A stretch of 64,000 bases of DNA from an uncultured Spirochaetota bacterium. Lineage in GTDB: Bacteria; Spirochaetota; Spirochaetia; SZUA-6; Fen-1364. The notes below the pieces were generated by a model. That model searched no databases. It was not told where the DNA came from and worked only from the letters and a program-made list of their open reading frames with translations. Made by a program: the position numbers and the translations under genes. The DNA lies in NCBI GenBank assembly GCA_963781885.1, contig CAWAHW010000005.1:1-64000 (forward strand), in the 5' to 3' direction. Below, in pieces: positions 10,742-20,221 of the stretch (its first letter is position 1; each line of letters begins with the position of its first letter).

Positions 10742-11806
10742 ATGATCGCATTGAAGCCTTTGATCCTGCTGCCGGTGCTCGTCATCACGACACTCGGCGG
10801 GTGCGTCTCACAGATGGGCTATCTCACGAAGCAGGGGGGCTACCTCCTGCGCTACAGCACGGGCGCCCGCCCGGTCCAGAAGGTCCTGGAGGATCCCGCC
10901 ACGCCGGCGGACACGCAGGAGTTCCTGCGCCGGGTCCAGGACATCCGGCTCTTCGCCGTGCAGCAGGTGGGCCTGAAGGACAACGGCAACTACACCCGGT
11001 ATCGCCAGATCGACAGGGACCATCTCGTGGACGTCGTGTCGGCCTGTGATGCCGTCTCCTTCACCCCTTACCTCTGGCGCTACCCCTTCCTCGGCCGGCT
11101 TCCGTACAAGGGATACTACGAGCGGCAGGATGCGGATGCGGAGGCTGCCCGCCTGCGCAAGGAAGGCTGGGACGTCGTGGTGCGGCCGGTCGACGCCTTC
11201 AGCACGCTTGGATTCACGAAGGACCCGCTGTACTCCTTCATGAAGAGTTACTCCACTTTCGGGCTTGCCTCCCTCATCATCCACGAGCAGACGCATGCCA
11301 CGCTTTTCCTCAAGGGGCAGCCGGACTTCAACGAGGAGCTTGCAAGCTTCGTCGGCGACGAGGGGGCCTTTGAATGGCTGCGCGCCCGTTTCGGCGAGGA
11401 TTCCCCACAGTATCGCGATGCGCGCGACAGCTACGAGGATTCGCAGACATTCACCGCGCTTCTGGCGGAGCTGGCGGGGCAGCTCGACGCCGTCTACAAG
11501 GGGAACGCGTCGCGGCCGGAAAAGCTCGCGGAGAAGGAGCGCATCATTGCCGATTTCACCCAGCGGCTCGGTGGAGAGCTTGCCGCGCGATTTCACACAA
11601 AGGCCTACAGCTCGCTTGGCAGATTGCAGCTCAACAACGCCTATCTTTCTCTTTACAGCCTCTACTCCAACGACATCCCGCTCCTGCGCGCGTATTGGCA
11701 GACGAAATGCGGCAGCTCGCTTCCCCGGTTCATGGATGCCATGAAGCGCCTTGCGAAGCAGGGCGACGTGAAGAGCCAGATAAGGAAGGAGCTTGCCGGC
11801 GCGTGA
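10742..11806 (+). CDS. Predicted zinc aminopeptidase (DUF2265/Aminopep-like) lipoprotein
   Basis: Lipobox LGGC; PYKGYY, AFSTLG..DPL, HEQTH zincin motif with downstream FNEELA. Confidence 0.8.
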   Translation: MIALKPLILLPVLVITTLGGCVSQMGYLTKQGGYLLRYSTGARPVQKVLEDPATPADTQEFLRRVQDIRLFAVQQVGLKDNGNYTRYRQIDRDHLVDVVSACDAVSFTPYLWRYPFLGRLPYKGYYERQDADAEAARLRKEGWDVVVRPVDAFSTLGFTKDPLYSFMKSYSTFGLASLIIHEQTHATLFLKGQPDFNEELASFVGDEGAFEWLRARFGEDSPQYRDARDSYEDSQTFTALLAELAGQLDAVYKGNASRPEKLAEKERIIADFTQRLGGELAARFHTKAYSSLGRLQLNNAYLSLYSLYSNDIPLLRAYWQTKCGSSLPRFMDAMKRLAKQGDVKSQIRKELAGA

Positions 11807-11815
11807 GGGCGGCGG

Positions 11816-13233
11816 TCAGCGCGTCTTCAGCGGGACCCCGAAGAACTCGCGCGCATTGCCCCAGCAGATGTCCTGCACGATGCCTCCCACCAGGCCGAAA
11901 TCCCGGGGATCTCACCCGATTCGATTTCCGCGCCAAGCATCGCGCAGAGGATACGGCGGAAGTATTCGTGCCGGGGGAAGGACAGGAAGCTGCGCGAATC
12001 CGTGAGCATGCCGACGAAACGGGCCAGGAGCCCCATGTCGGCAAGGGCGCGAAGCTGGTCCTCCATGCCGTGCTTCTGGTCGTTGAACCACCACGCCGAT
12101 CCGAACTGCATTTTCCCTTTCACGCCCTCTTGTTGAAAGCAGCCTGTCAAGCTCGCCAGGACCGTATTGCTGGCAGGGTTGATGCCGTAGAGGATGGTAC
12201 GGGGAAGCGCGTGCGCGGCGTCCAGCCGATCGAGGAAGCGCGCGAGCGGTCGCGCGAGGGCGAGGTCCCCGATGGTGTCGTAGCCGGTGTTGGGTCCGAA
12301 GGCGTGAAAGGCGCGCGTGTTCACGTTGCGCAGCGCCCCGAGGTGGAGCTGTTGCACCCAGTTCTGCGCGGCATCCATGCGCGCGAGCTCCCGGCTGACG
12401 GCTGAGCGGAAGAGGCGGACATCGTCCGCGCCCGGGGCCGCGCCGCGCAGCGCCGCCTGGAAAATCCTCTCCGCCTCCTCGTCCGTGCAATCGTCCGCGT
12501 AGGGCTCTTCGATGCCGTGGTCAGAGGCGCGGCAGCCATGGTCGTTGAACCAGGCGTGCCTGTTTTCGAGCGCGGCGAGGAGGGACTTCCAATTCGTGAC
12601 CTCCATCGCCGCTGCGCGCGAAAGCCTCTCCCGCCAGGAATTGAAGGCGCGCGTGTCTTCGATGCCAAGGACTGCATCGGGACGGAATGTCGGAACGACC
12701 GTCGCGGGGAAGGAGGCATCTGCCGCAAGCGCCGCGTGGTGCTCCAGGCTGTCCACCGGGTCATCGGTCGTGCAGATCACCTTGACATTCATCCTTTGAA
12801 GGAGCCCGCGCACGCGATAGTCGTCCGTGGAGAGGAGCGCCGCGCATTGATCGTAGATCCTGCCGGCCGTCTCCGACGAGAGCAGGGTGGAGATGCCGAA
12901 GTGCCGTTTCAGCTCGAGATGCGTCCAATGATAGAGGGGATTCCCAATGGTGGAAGGCACGACACCCGCCCAGGCCATGAACTTGTCGCGGTCGGGGGCA
13001 TCGCCGGTGATCAGACGCTCGGGCACACCCTGCGCGCGCATGGCGCGCCACTTGTAATGGTCTCCGCCCAGCCACGCCTCGGTGATGCTGCGGAAGGCGC
13101 GATTGCGAGCGATATCCTCCGCCGGCAAATGGCAGTGGAAATCGAATATCGGCATGTCGCGCGCAAAATCGTTGTAGAGCCTCCGGGAGGCACGCGTGGA
13201 AAGCAGGAAGTTTTCGTCCATGAATCCGCTCAT
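11816..13233 (-). CDS. uxaC: Glucuronate (uronate) isomerase UxaC, one frameshift near 11903
   Basis: MSGFMDENFLL, PIFDFHCHL, WLGGDHYKWRAMR, GNPLYHW, TTDDP, SAWWFND, GMLTDSRSFLSFPRHEYFRR; one added G restores GEIPGDFGLVGGIVQDICWGNAREFF, stop at 11816. Confidence 0.92.
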
Positions 13234-13246
13234 GTGATCCGCCTTC

Positions 13247-14263
13247 TCACGATATGAATGCATGAACGGTGCGGTGGTGATAGACATTCCCCGGCCGCAG
13301 GATGCAGGAAGGGAAATGACCGCGATTCGGGCTGTCGGGCAGCGCCTGTGTCTCGAGACAGAACGCGCTGTGGCGCGGGAACAAGGTGCCGTCGAGCAGG
13401 TTTCCCGTGTAAAACTGGACGCCCGGCTCCGTTGTGCGCACCACCATCCTGCGGCCGCTTGCCGGATCGCGCGCCGTGCAGGCGAGCCCGAGTGAGTCCG
13501 CGTGCTTGTCCACCAGGAGGCAGTGATCGTAGCCGCCGGGCAGGCCCGCGATGTCGCGCCCGATGGCCTTGAACCGCGAGAAGTCGAATGGCGTTCCCGT
13601 CGTCGCCCTGACCTCGCCGGTGGGGATGAGCCCGGCGTCGACGGGCAGGTAGAACGGGCAATTGAAGAGCATTTCATGCGCGAGCACGTTGCCGGAGCGG
13701 TTTCCCGCGAGATTCCAGTAGGAGTGATTGGTGAGATTGACCGGCGTCGCCCTGTCCGTGGCCGCCCAGTACTCGAAGGAAAGCTCGTTTTCCTCCGTGA
13801 GGCCGTACTCCATGGTGACTTTCAAGGTGCCGGGATAGCCCTCTTCCCCGTCGCGGGATGTGTAGCGGAATCGTATTCCGGCGGAGTCCTTTCCGCGGAG
13901 GAGCTTCCCCTGCCAGATGACCTTGTCGAATCCGTGGATCCCGCCATGGAGGTGATTTTCACCGTCATTGACTGCCAGCGCGTAGTCCTTCCCGTCCAGC
14001 GAAAAGCGGCCTGCGCGAATGCGGTTGGCGAAACGCCCCACGATGCAGCCGAAATACGACTTTGCCTTCTCGTAGTCCGCGACGCTGCCCAGGCCCAGGA
14101 CGACATTCGTCTTGTTTCCCTTGGCATCAGGAACGTTGACGCTCACCAGCGTCGCTCCGTAGCTCATGACCTCGACGCTCGTTCCGCGGCCGTTCTCCAG
14201 CGTGAACAGCGAGACCGTCGCGCCGTCGCGCGTCGCGCCCCATTTCGATTCGCCTGCCTTCAT
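13247..14263 (-). CDS. galM: Aldose 1-epimerase (mutarotase)
   Basis: GRFANRI, NHLHGG, EEGYPG, NLTNHSYWNL, GYDH, QFYTGN, CLETQ. Confidence 0.93.
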   Translation of the reverse strand: MKAGESKWGATRDGATVSLFTLENGRGTSVEVMSYGATLVSVNVPDAKGNKTNVVLGLGSVADYEKAKSYFGCIVGRFANRIRAGRFSLDGKDYALAVNDGENHLHGGIHGFDKVIWQGKLLRGKDSAGIRFRYTSRDGEEGYPGTLKVTMEYGLTEENELSFEYWAATDRATPVNLTNHSYWNLAGNRSGNVLAHEMLFNCPFYLPVDAGLIPTGEVRATTGTPFDFSRFKAIGRDIAGLPGGYDHCLLVDKHADSLGLACTARDPASGRRMVVRTTEPGVQFYTGNLLDGTLFPRHSAFCLETQALPDSPNRGHFPSCILRPGNVYHHRTVHAFIS

Positions 14264-14280
14264 TGCTTCTCCTTCCCGGC

Positions 14281-15285
14281 CTATTGCTTCTGCAGCACGT
14301 CAATCATTGCGGCGACATTCTCGGGCCGCGCGTCGCGCGGCACGGCGTGGGCAGGGGAGGCGATGTAACCGCCGTTTTTCCCGACCGTCTCCAGGAGCCG
14401 TTTCACCTCTTCCCTCACCTCGCTCACCGTGGCATACGGCAGGGTCTTTTGCGTGCTGATGCCGCCGTAGAAGGAGAGATCCGCGCCGTGGCGGCGCTTC
14501 GCCTCGACGACATCGATGACCTCGGGTTGAAACGGATTGAAACAATCGAGACCTGCGGCGATCAAGTCGGGGAAGAGCTCGTCGACCTTTCCGCAGGAAT
14601 GGATGAAGACGCGCTTTCCGCGGGACTTCACGCGTGCGTACATCGCGCGGACCCGGGGCCCGATGTACTCCCGCCACAACGCCGGCCCCATGACCAGCCC
14701 GCGCTGGGAGCCCCAGTCGTCGCCGAACATCATCGCGTCGATGGAGAGCGCGCAGGCGCGGTCGATGATGCGCAGGTTGAAATCCAGTATCCGGTCCAGG
14801 AGCGCGTGGGCGAAGCCGGTGTCGTCGACCATCGCCATGAGGAAGTTCTCCATGCCGGCGAGGGTCCATGCGCGCTCGAAGAGGCTGAACCCGAGATCGG
14901 CGACCTGGAAGGCTTCCGGCAAGGCCGCGATCCGCTGCGGGTAGTCGGCGAATCGCGCAGGGTCTGCAGGATCCGGAAACCCGTGGCTCTCCAGCGTCTC
15001 GGGCGTGATGGCCGTGTTGCATACGTTGCCGATGTCCCGGTCGATGCTCCTGTTCCACCGGACGCCGAACTGGTCCTCCCAGATGTCGGGGCTCACCTCG
15101 CGCCAGCTGCCGGGGGCCTCCGTCGTGAGGATCTGGAGGCAGTTGCCGAGCGAAGACTCGAAATCGTCGTCGCCGTAATACTCCGCCATGAGGGCACGGG
15201 CGGGCTCGGTGAAGGTGATGTGGTACGGTGTTCGGTCGGGCTGCCGGTGATTCAGAGATGCGACGACGCGTTCCTTGTTGGTCAA
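14281..15285 (-). CDS. Uroporphyrinogen decarboxylase-family (URO-D/MtaA-CmuA-like) protein
   Basis: MTNKERV...QPDRTP, LFERAW, GDDWGSQ, FIHSCG, FYGGISTQ..LPY, GGYIASPAH; TTG start. Confidence 0.8.
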   Translation of the reverse strand: MTNKERVVASLNHRQPDRTPYHITFTEPARALMAEYYGDDDFESSLGNCLQILTTEAPGSWREVSPDIWEDQFGVRWNRSIDRDIGNVCNTAITPETLESHGFPDPADPARFADYPQRIAALPEAFQVADLGFSLFERAWTLAGMENFLMAMVDDTGFAHALLDRILDFNLRIIDRACALSIDAMMFGDDWGSQRGLVMGPALWREYIGPRVRAMYARVKSRGKRVFIHSCGKVDELFPDLIAAGLDCFNPFQPEVIDVVEAKRRHGADLSFYGGISTQKTLPYATVSEVREEVKRLLETVGKNGGYIASPAHAVPRDARPENVAAMIDVLQKQ

Positions 15286-15488
15286 ATGGATTCCCCCGAT
15301 TCATCATGGCGGCCGCGGGAGTCCGCGGCATTCGTGCGGCCACTATGGACCGAGTCTGCCGCAGACGGCAAGCCGTCGCCCCTGCGGCCCGGGACGCTTC
15401 CCGCGGCGGCGCCCTCGCCTGACGGCTGTCGAATCTTTTCCTCGACTCCGCGACGGCCGCGCTGTTATTTTGGACAGAGGGGGCAGGC

Positions 15489-17685
15489 ATGCATACGATG
15501 GCGATCGCGCGGGGCGTCCACTGGGTGGCGATACCCGAGGCGGACCTCTTCATCCTCTGCGGCTGTCCGGCGGACAGCGTGAAGCTCCTCATGAAAAAGG
15601 GCCTCATTCTCCCGACGCAGAAGAACGGCGTCTCATGCGAGACAGGGCCGAACGCGATCCTTCTGTCCGACGTGCCTTCCCAGAACGAGACATTCTCCAA
15701 TCTCGCCGAGTTTCCCATACTCCAGATGCTCTACCGGCAGGGCATGATCATTCCCGGGCATCCCGGCAATACCGGCAGGAAGCCCCTGCTCATGGGTCTG
15801 GAAAGCCAGGTGCGGTCCCAGAGCCAGTACATGATCCGCGGCAACTATGGTCTTTCATCGGAGGAGGAGATCGTCGCGGCGGGCGTTCCCCGCGAGACGG
15901 CGCGCGACTACATGCGGATGAAGCTGTGGTTCGCCTTCGGGCACATCCGCGCCGCGGAAGAGCTCGTGGAGACGCGCATCCTGGGCGGGGACGCGGTGGA
16001 ACTGCGCGGAGGGGCGACCGTGCGGCGCACCGGGTTCAATGCCTACGAGTTTGCATTCAACGGACAGACGGCCGCGGTGGACATGAATCTCGCTCCCGGG
16101 GAGCGCTACCCCTCGTCGTACTCCCTGGGCTACCACAGGATACGGCGCGAATATTTCTCCGTCGTGCACATCGGAGAGGGTGACGGCTGGGACACCGAGA
16201 AGCCCTGCATGGGGAGCATCATCACGTTCCAGGGCCGCATCTACCTCATCGACGCGGGCCCGAACATCGAGCAGTCGCTGACCGCCGTGGGCATCAACGT
16301 GAATGAGATCGAAGGCATCTTCCATTCCCATTCCCACGACGACCACTTTGCCGGTCTCACCGCGCTCGTGCGCTCCGATCACCGCATCAAGTATTTCGCC
16401 ACGCCCCTGGTGCGCGCGTCGGTGGCGAAGAAGCTCTCCGCCCTCATGGGCATGGACGAGGCGATGTTCCCGCGGTACTTCGAGGTGCACGACCTGGCGG
16501 CGGGAAAATGGAACGACGTGAACGGGCTGCATGTGAAGCCCGTCATCTCGGCGCACCCGGTGGAGACGAACCTGTTCTTCTTCCGCACCCTCTGGGACGG
16601 GGGGTACAAGACGTACGCGCACCTGGCCGACATCGTGGGCGTCGACGTGCTGCGGAGGATGAGCGCCGCCGCGCCGACGGCGCCGGGCGTGTCGAAGGAG
16701 TTCGCCGAGAAGCTGATCGCGGAGATGCGCACGCCGGCGGACCTCAAGAAGATCGACGCCGACGGCGAGCCCATCCACGGCGTGGCCTCAGATTTCCGCG
16801 CCGACACCTCCGGGCGTCTCATCATCAGCCATCTCGGCGGAGAGCTTTCCGACGAACAGAAGGAGATCGGCTCCAACGCCGTGTTCGGCCGGGAAGACGT
16901 GCTCATTCCCGCAAACGTGGACTACATCGCGCAGTCGGCATTCCGCTTCCTGCGCTCCTATTTCCCACAAGTGGCGCCCCATTCCGTGCGGATGCTCGCC
17001 AATTGCCCGCTGGTCTACTTCAATGCCGGCTCCATCATCATGAAAAAGGGCGAGCGGCCCGAACTTCGTGTGGCTCATCCTCCAGGGGGTCGGGGAGATC
17101 ATCGACGTGAAAGGGGGATTCCGCCGCTCTCTCTCTGCCGGGTCGTTTGTCGGCGAGCTTTCCGCCCTTATGGCGGAGCCCGCAATCCGGACCATCCGCG
17201 CGGAGAGCTACGTCACGGCGGTGCAGATTCCCGAGCAGCTCTACCGGGCATTCATCCAGGAGAACAAGCTGGAGGAGTCCACCCGGACGGTCATCGCCAA
17301 CAGAAGGTTTCTCAACGACACGTGGCTTTTCGGCGAGATGCTGGGCTACCCGGTGGAGCGCGCCATCGCGGCGGCCATGGCGCCGCTGCACGTGAAGGCG
17401 GGGGAGGAAGTGGATCCCGGCGGTGCATCGCGCCTCTTCCTCGTTTCCTCGGGGCAGTGCGTGCTCCAGAAGGACGGCCAGATGTCGGAGACGCTGAACC
17501 CCGGCGGTTTCTGGGGCGAGGATGACGTGCTGTACGGCACGCGCATCTTTCACGCACGGGCCGCCGAGCAGGCGGACCTTTTCGCCGTGCCGGCGCCGCT
17601 CCTGGGGAATATCCCCATCGTCCAATGGAGGCTCCTGCAGACGAGCGAGCGGAGGCTCAAGAGCACGTCGCGGGCAGAGACGTAG
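15489..17685 (+). CDS. MBL-fold metallohydrolase fused to cyclic-nucleotide-binding domains, one frameshift near 17059
   Basis: LIDAGP, HSHDDH (HxHxDH), SAHPVET; cNMP-like GSFVGELS..R.RTIRA and GGFWGE; deleting one C in CCC 17058-17060 joins the two ORFs (KGERPNFVWLILQG). Confidence 0.75.
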
Positions 17686-17718
17686 CACCGCCCCCGCGAC
17701 GGGCCTCTGCCCGGCGAT

Positions 17719-18669
17719 TCAGTAGCCGGCCCGGGCGATGTTCTCCCCGACAAAGCGCGCCGATGTCATGAGAAGGCGCTGCTCGCCCTCCGGCAACGCG
17801 TAGTCGAGGACTTGGACCACGCCCCCCTTGCTCACGATCGTGGGGAAGCTGAAGGCCGTATGCGGGATGCCTTGAAAGTCGGTGCGCGCCGTGGAGACCG
17901 GCAGGATGCGCCTTTCGTCGCGAACGATGGACTCCACGATCAGCGACGCCGCCTGGGCGATGGCGTAGCAGGTGGAGCCCTTGGCCTCGATGATCTTGTA
18001 CGCCGTGCGCCGGATCTCCTCCGCCGCGTTCTGCTTGAAGTCGCTCATCTCCCCGCAGGCGCCGCATACCGGGCAGAAGTCATCGAAATGGATGCCGCCG
18101 ATCGTGAGGAGGGACCACGCGGGGAAGGAGGTGTCGCCGTGCTCGCCCAGGACATAGCCGTGTATGTTCTGCGGATTGACGCGGCAGTGCCGGGCGACGT
18201 ATTCCCGCAGGCGCGCCGAGTCCAGCGTCGTGCCGGAGCCGATGACGCGCCCGGCGGGGAAGCCGCTTTCCTTGAACGCGACCCAGGTCAGCACGTCCAC
18301 GGGGTTCGTGATGATGAGGAATATGCCCGCGAAACCGTTGCTGCATGCGTCATGGACGATGCTCTTGACGATTGCGACATTGCGCTCCAGGAGATCGATG
18401 CGGGACTCCCCGGGCTTCTGCCGGGCCCCCGCCGTGATGATGGCGATGCCGCTGTCCTTGCATCCGCTGTAGTCGGTGGCTTCGATCTTGACCGACCTCC
18501 CCAGGGAGGCCCCCTGGCTGATGTCCAGTATCTCCGCTTCCGCCTTTTCCCTGTTCGAATCGATGAGGGCGATCTCCGTCACCGCGCCCTTGAGGGAGAG
18601 ATTGTACGCGAGGGTGGCGCCGACCGATCCCGCCCCGACGATTGCTACTTTACTTGTCTTCGGATCCAT
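17719..18669 (-). CDS. ldh: L-lactate dehydrogenase
   Basis: GAGSVG, TAGARQKPGESRIDLL (Gln specificity residue), NPVD, GSGTTLDSAR, LGEHGD, KGSTCY. Confidence 0.9.
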   Translation of the reverse strand: MDPKTSKVAIVGAGSVGATLAYNLSLKGAVTEIALIDSNREKAEAEILDISQGASLGRSVKIEATDYSGCKDSGIAIITAGARQKPGESRIDLLERNVAIVKSIVHDACSNGFAGIFLIITNPVDVLTWVAFKESGFPAGRVIGSGTTLDSARLREYVARHCRVNPQNIHGYVLGEHGDTSFPAWSLLTIGGIHFDDFCPVCGACGEMSDFKQNAAEEIRRTAYKIIEAKGSTCYAIAQAASLIVESIVRDERRILPVSTARTDFQGIPHTAFSFPTIVSKGGVVQVLDYALPEGEQRLLMTSARFVGENIARAGY

Positions 18670-18761
18670 GCGAGGTCCTCCTCTGGCCCCTAATATACTG
18701 CCCGAACGGGCGGTACGTGGGCGGGCGCATCGTGGGTATCTTATCTTCAAGGAGTGAGACA

Positions 18762-19652
18762 ATGGCAGTTCAAGATATGGCAAGGGGATTCTCCGAGGCG
18801 GTGCGCAAGGCGGGCGTCTATACCGTGATGGTCGACGCGCGCAGGAGGCGGCCGTCCGCGGGCATCCTGTATGAGAAGGGTCTCATCCTCACCTCGCAGC
18901 ATGCGATCGAGCGGGACGCGGAGATACGGGTGACCCTGCCCTCCGGGGAGAAAGTCATGGGCAGCCTTGCGGGCCGGGACCCTATTCGCGACCTCGCGGT
19001 TGTCCGGGTGGAAGGGCAGGCGCCGGCGGAGCGTCCCGTGTCCGCGCCGGAGGCAAAGGTCGGGGAGATCGCCCTCTCCGTCACCCGCACGTCGTTCGAT
19101 GGTGTGAACGCGGCGTTCGGAATCGTCGGGGCGGCGGGCACGCGCCTGCCGTTCTGGAAGGGTGGGGTGATCGAATCGTACTACCAGCTCGATCCTGCCC
19201 GCGCCCCCGGATTCACGGGCAGCCCGGTCGTCGACACGGAGGGGAGGCTCATGGGAATACACGTCTTCGGCGTCCGATTCGGCCTTGAGCTCGTGATCCC
19301 GGCGTCACTCGCGCTGGAGACCGCGGCCCGCATCGCCGCTCATGGCAGCATCAAGCGCGGACAGCTGGGCGTCCGCAGCCAGGAGGTGGAGATTCCCGAG
19401 ACCCTCCGGGGACTGGTCAAGGGCCAGAAGGCGGGTCTCCTTCTGGTCGGCGTGGAGGAGAAGAGCCCCGCGGCGGCGGCCGGCCTGATGCTCGGCGACA
19501 TCCTCGTGCGATTCGACGGCACCGCGATCGACAGCCACCAGACGCTGATCGGCCTTCTCACCGACGCGACGATCGGGCGGAGCCTGCCCGTGGAGCTTCT
19601 CCGCGGCGGCGCGCTCACGACCCTTTCGGTCACCGTCGGCGCGACGCCCTGA
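18762..19652 (+). CDS. S1C/HtrA-like trypsin domain plus C-terminal PDZ (catalytic Ser position reads Thr)
   Basis: ILTSQHAI, GRDPIRDLAVV, PGFTGSPVVD..GRLMGI, PDZ SPAAAAGLMLGDILV; AAGGAG before ATG 18762. Confidence 0.78.
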   Translation: MAVQDMARGFSEAVRKAGVYTVMVDARRRRPSAGILYEKGLILTSQHAIERDAEIRVTLPSGEKVMGSLAGRDPIRDLAVVRVEGQAPAERPVSAPEAKVGEIALSVTRTSFDGVNAAFGIVGAAGTRLPFWKGGVIESYYQLDPARAPGFTGSPVVDTEGRLMGIHVFGVRFGLELVIPASLALETAARIAAHGSIKRGQLGVRSQEVEIPETLRGLVKGQKAGLLLVGVEEKSPAAAAGLMLGDILVRFDGTAIDSHQTLIGLLTDATIGRSLPVELLRGGALTTLSVTVGATP

Positions 19653-19661
19653 GGCGTCGTC

Positions 19662-20018
19662 GTGATCAGGGTCGCAATCGACGGCGCGGACGACCGCGCG
19701 CGCGCCCTTCTCTTGTCGCTGCTCTCCAAGAGCGATGAGATAAAGATCGTGGCATCGAACGGGCAGGGGGCGGACCTGTTGATCGCCCCCGCGGCCCGGC
19801 CGCGCATCGACGGGAGGGAGGAGCCGCTCACCCGGCGCGAGATCGAGGTGCTGGAGGCCATGGCGTCGGGGCGGGCCAACAAACAGATCGCCGACGACCT
19901 GGGCATCAGCAGCAACACGGTGAAGTTCCACACCTCCTCGATCTACCAGAAGCTCGGGGTCACCAATCGGGCGGAGGCAGTCGCGCGGGGCATCCGCAAA
20001 GGTCACCTGCACCTGTGA
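19662..20018 (+). CDS. LuxR/NarL-type HTH regulator with a short degenerate N-terminal domain
   Basis: LTRREIEVL..MASGRANKQIADDLGISSNTVKFH.SSIYQKLGV.NRAEAV. Confidence 0.88.
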   Translation: MIRVAIDGADDRARALLLSLLSKSDEIKIVASNGQGADLLIAPAARPRIDGREEPLTRREIEVLEAMASGRANKQIADDLGISSNTVKFHTSSIYQKLGVTNRAEAVARGIRKGHLHL

Positions 20019-20094
20019 GGGGCCGGCCCCTTTCGTGAATGGAAAAATGCATGCGGTCGTGTAACCAAAAAGGCACAATGGTGTTTACACTATA

Positions 20095-20197
20095 GAGACA
20101 AGACGGAATCTAGATTCGTTCGGGGCAAGTTTCACCTCCTTTCCTTGTCCCTGTGTCTCGCCCAGGGGATAGGTGTTACCTATCCCCACATTTTTTT
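20095..20197 (+). ncRNA. Candidate structured small RNA with anti-Shine-Dalgarno loop
   Basis: Closing helix GAGACA(20095-100)/TGTCTC(20154-159); hairpin GGGGCAAG/CTTGTCCC with loop TTTCACCTCCTTTC; followed by an intrinsic terminator. Confidence 0.45.
20165..20197 (+). terminator. Rho-independent terminator
   Basis: 10-bp perfect stem GGGGATAGGT-GTT-ACCTATCCCC, then ACA and T7. Confidence 0.75.
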
Positions 20198-20221
20198 ACA
20201 CACCATTGACCGGAGGCCCGC

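Noticed and set aside
20125-20150. 16S rRNA 3' fragment
   Set aside because: Only the 11-nt anti-SD matches; the preceding helix 45 and other rRNA sequence are absent.
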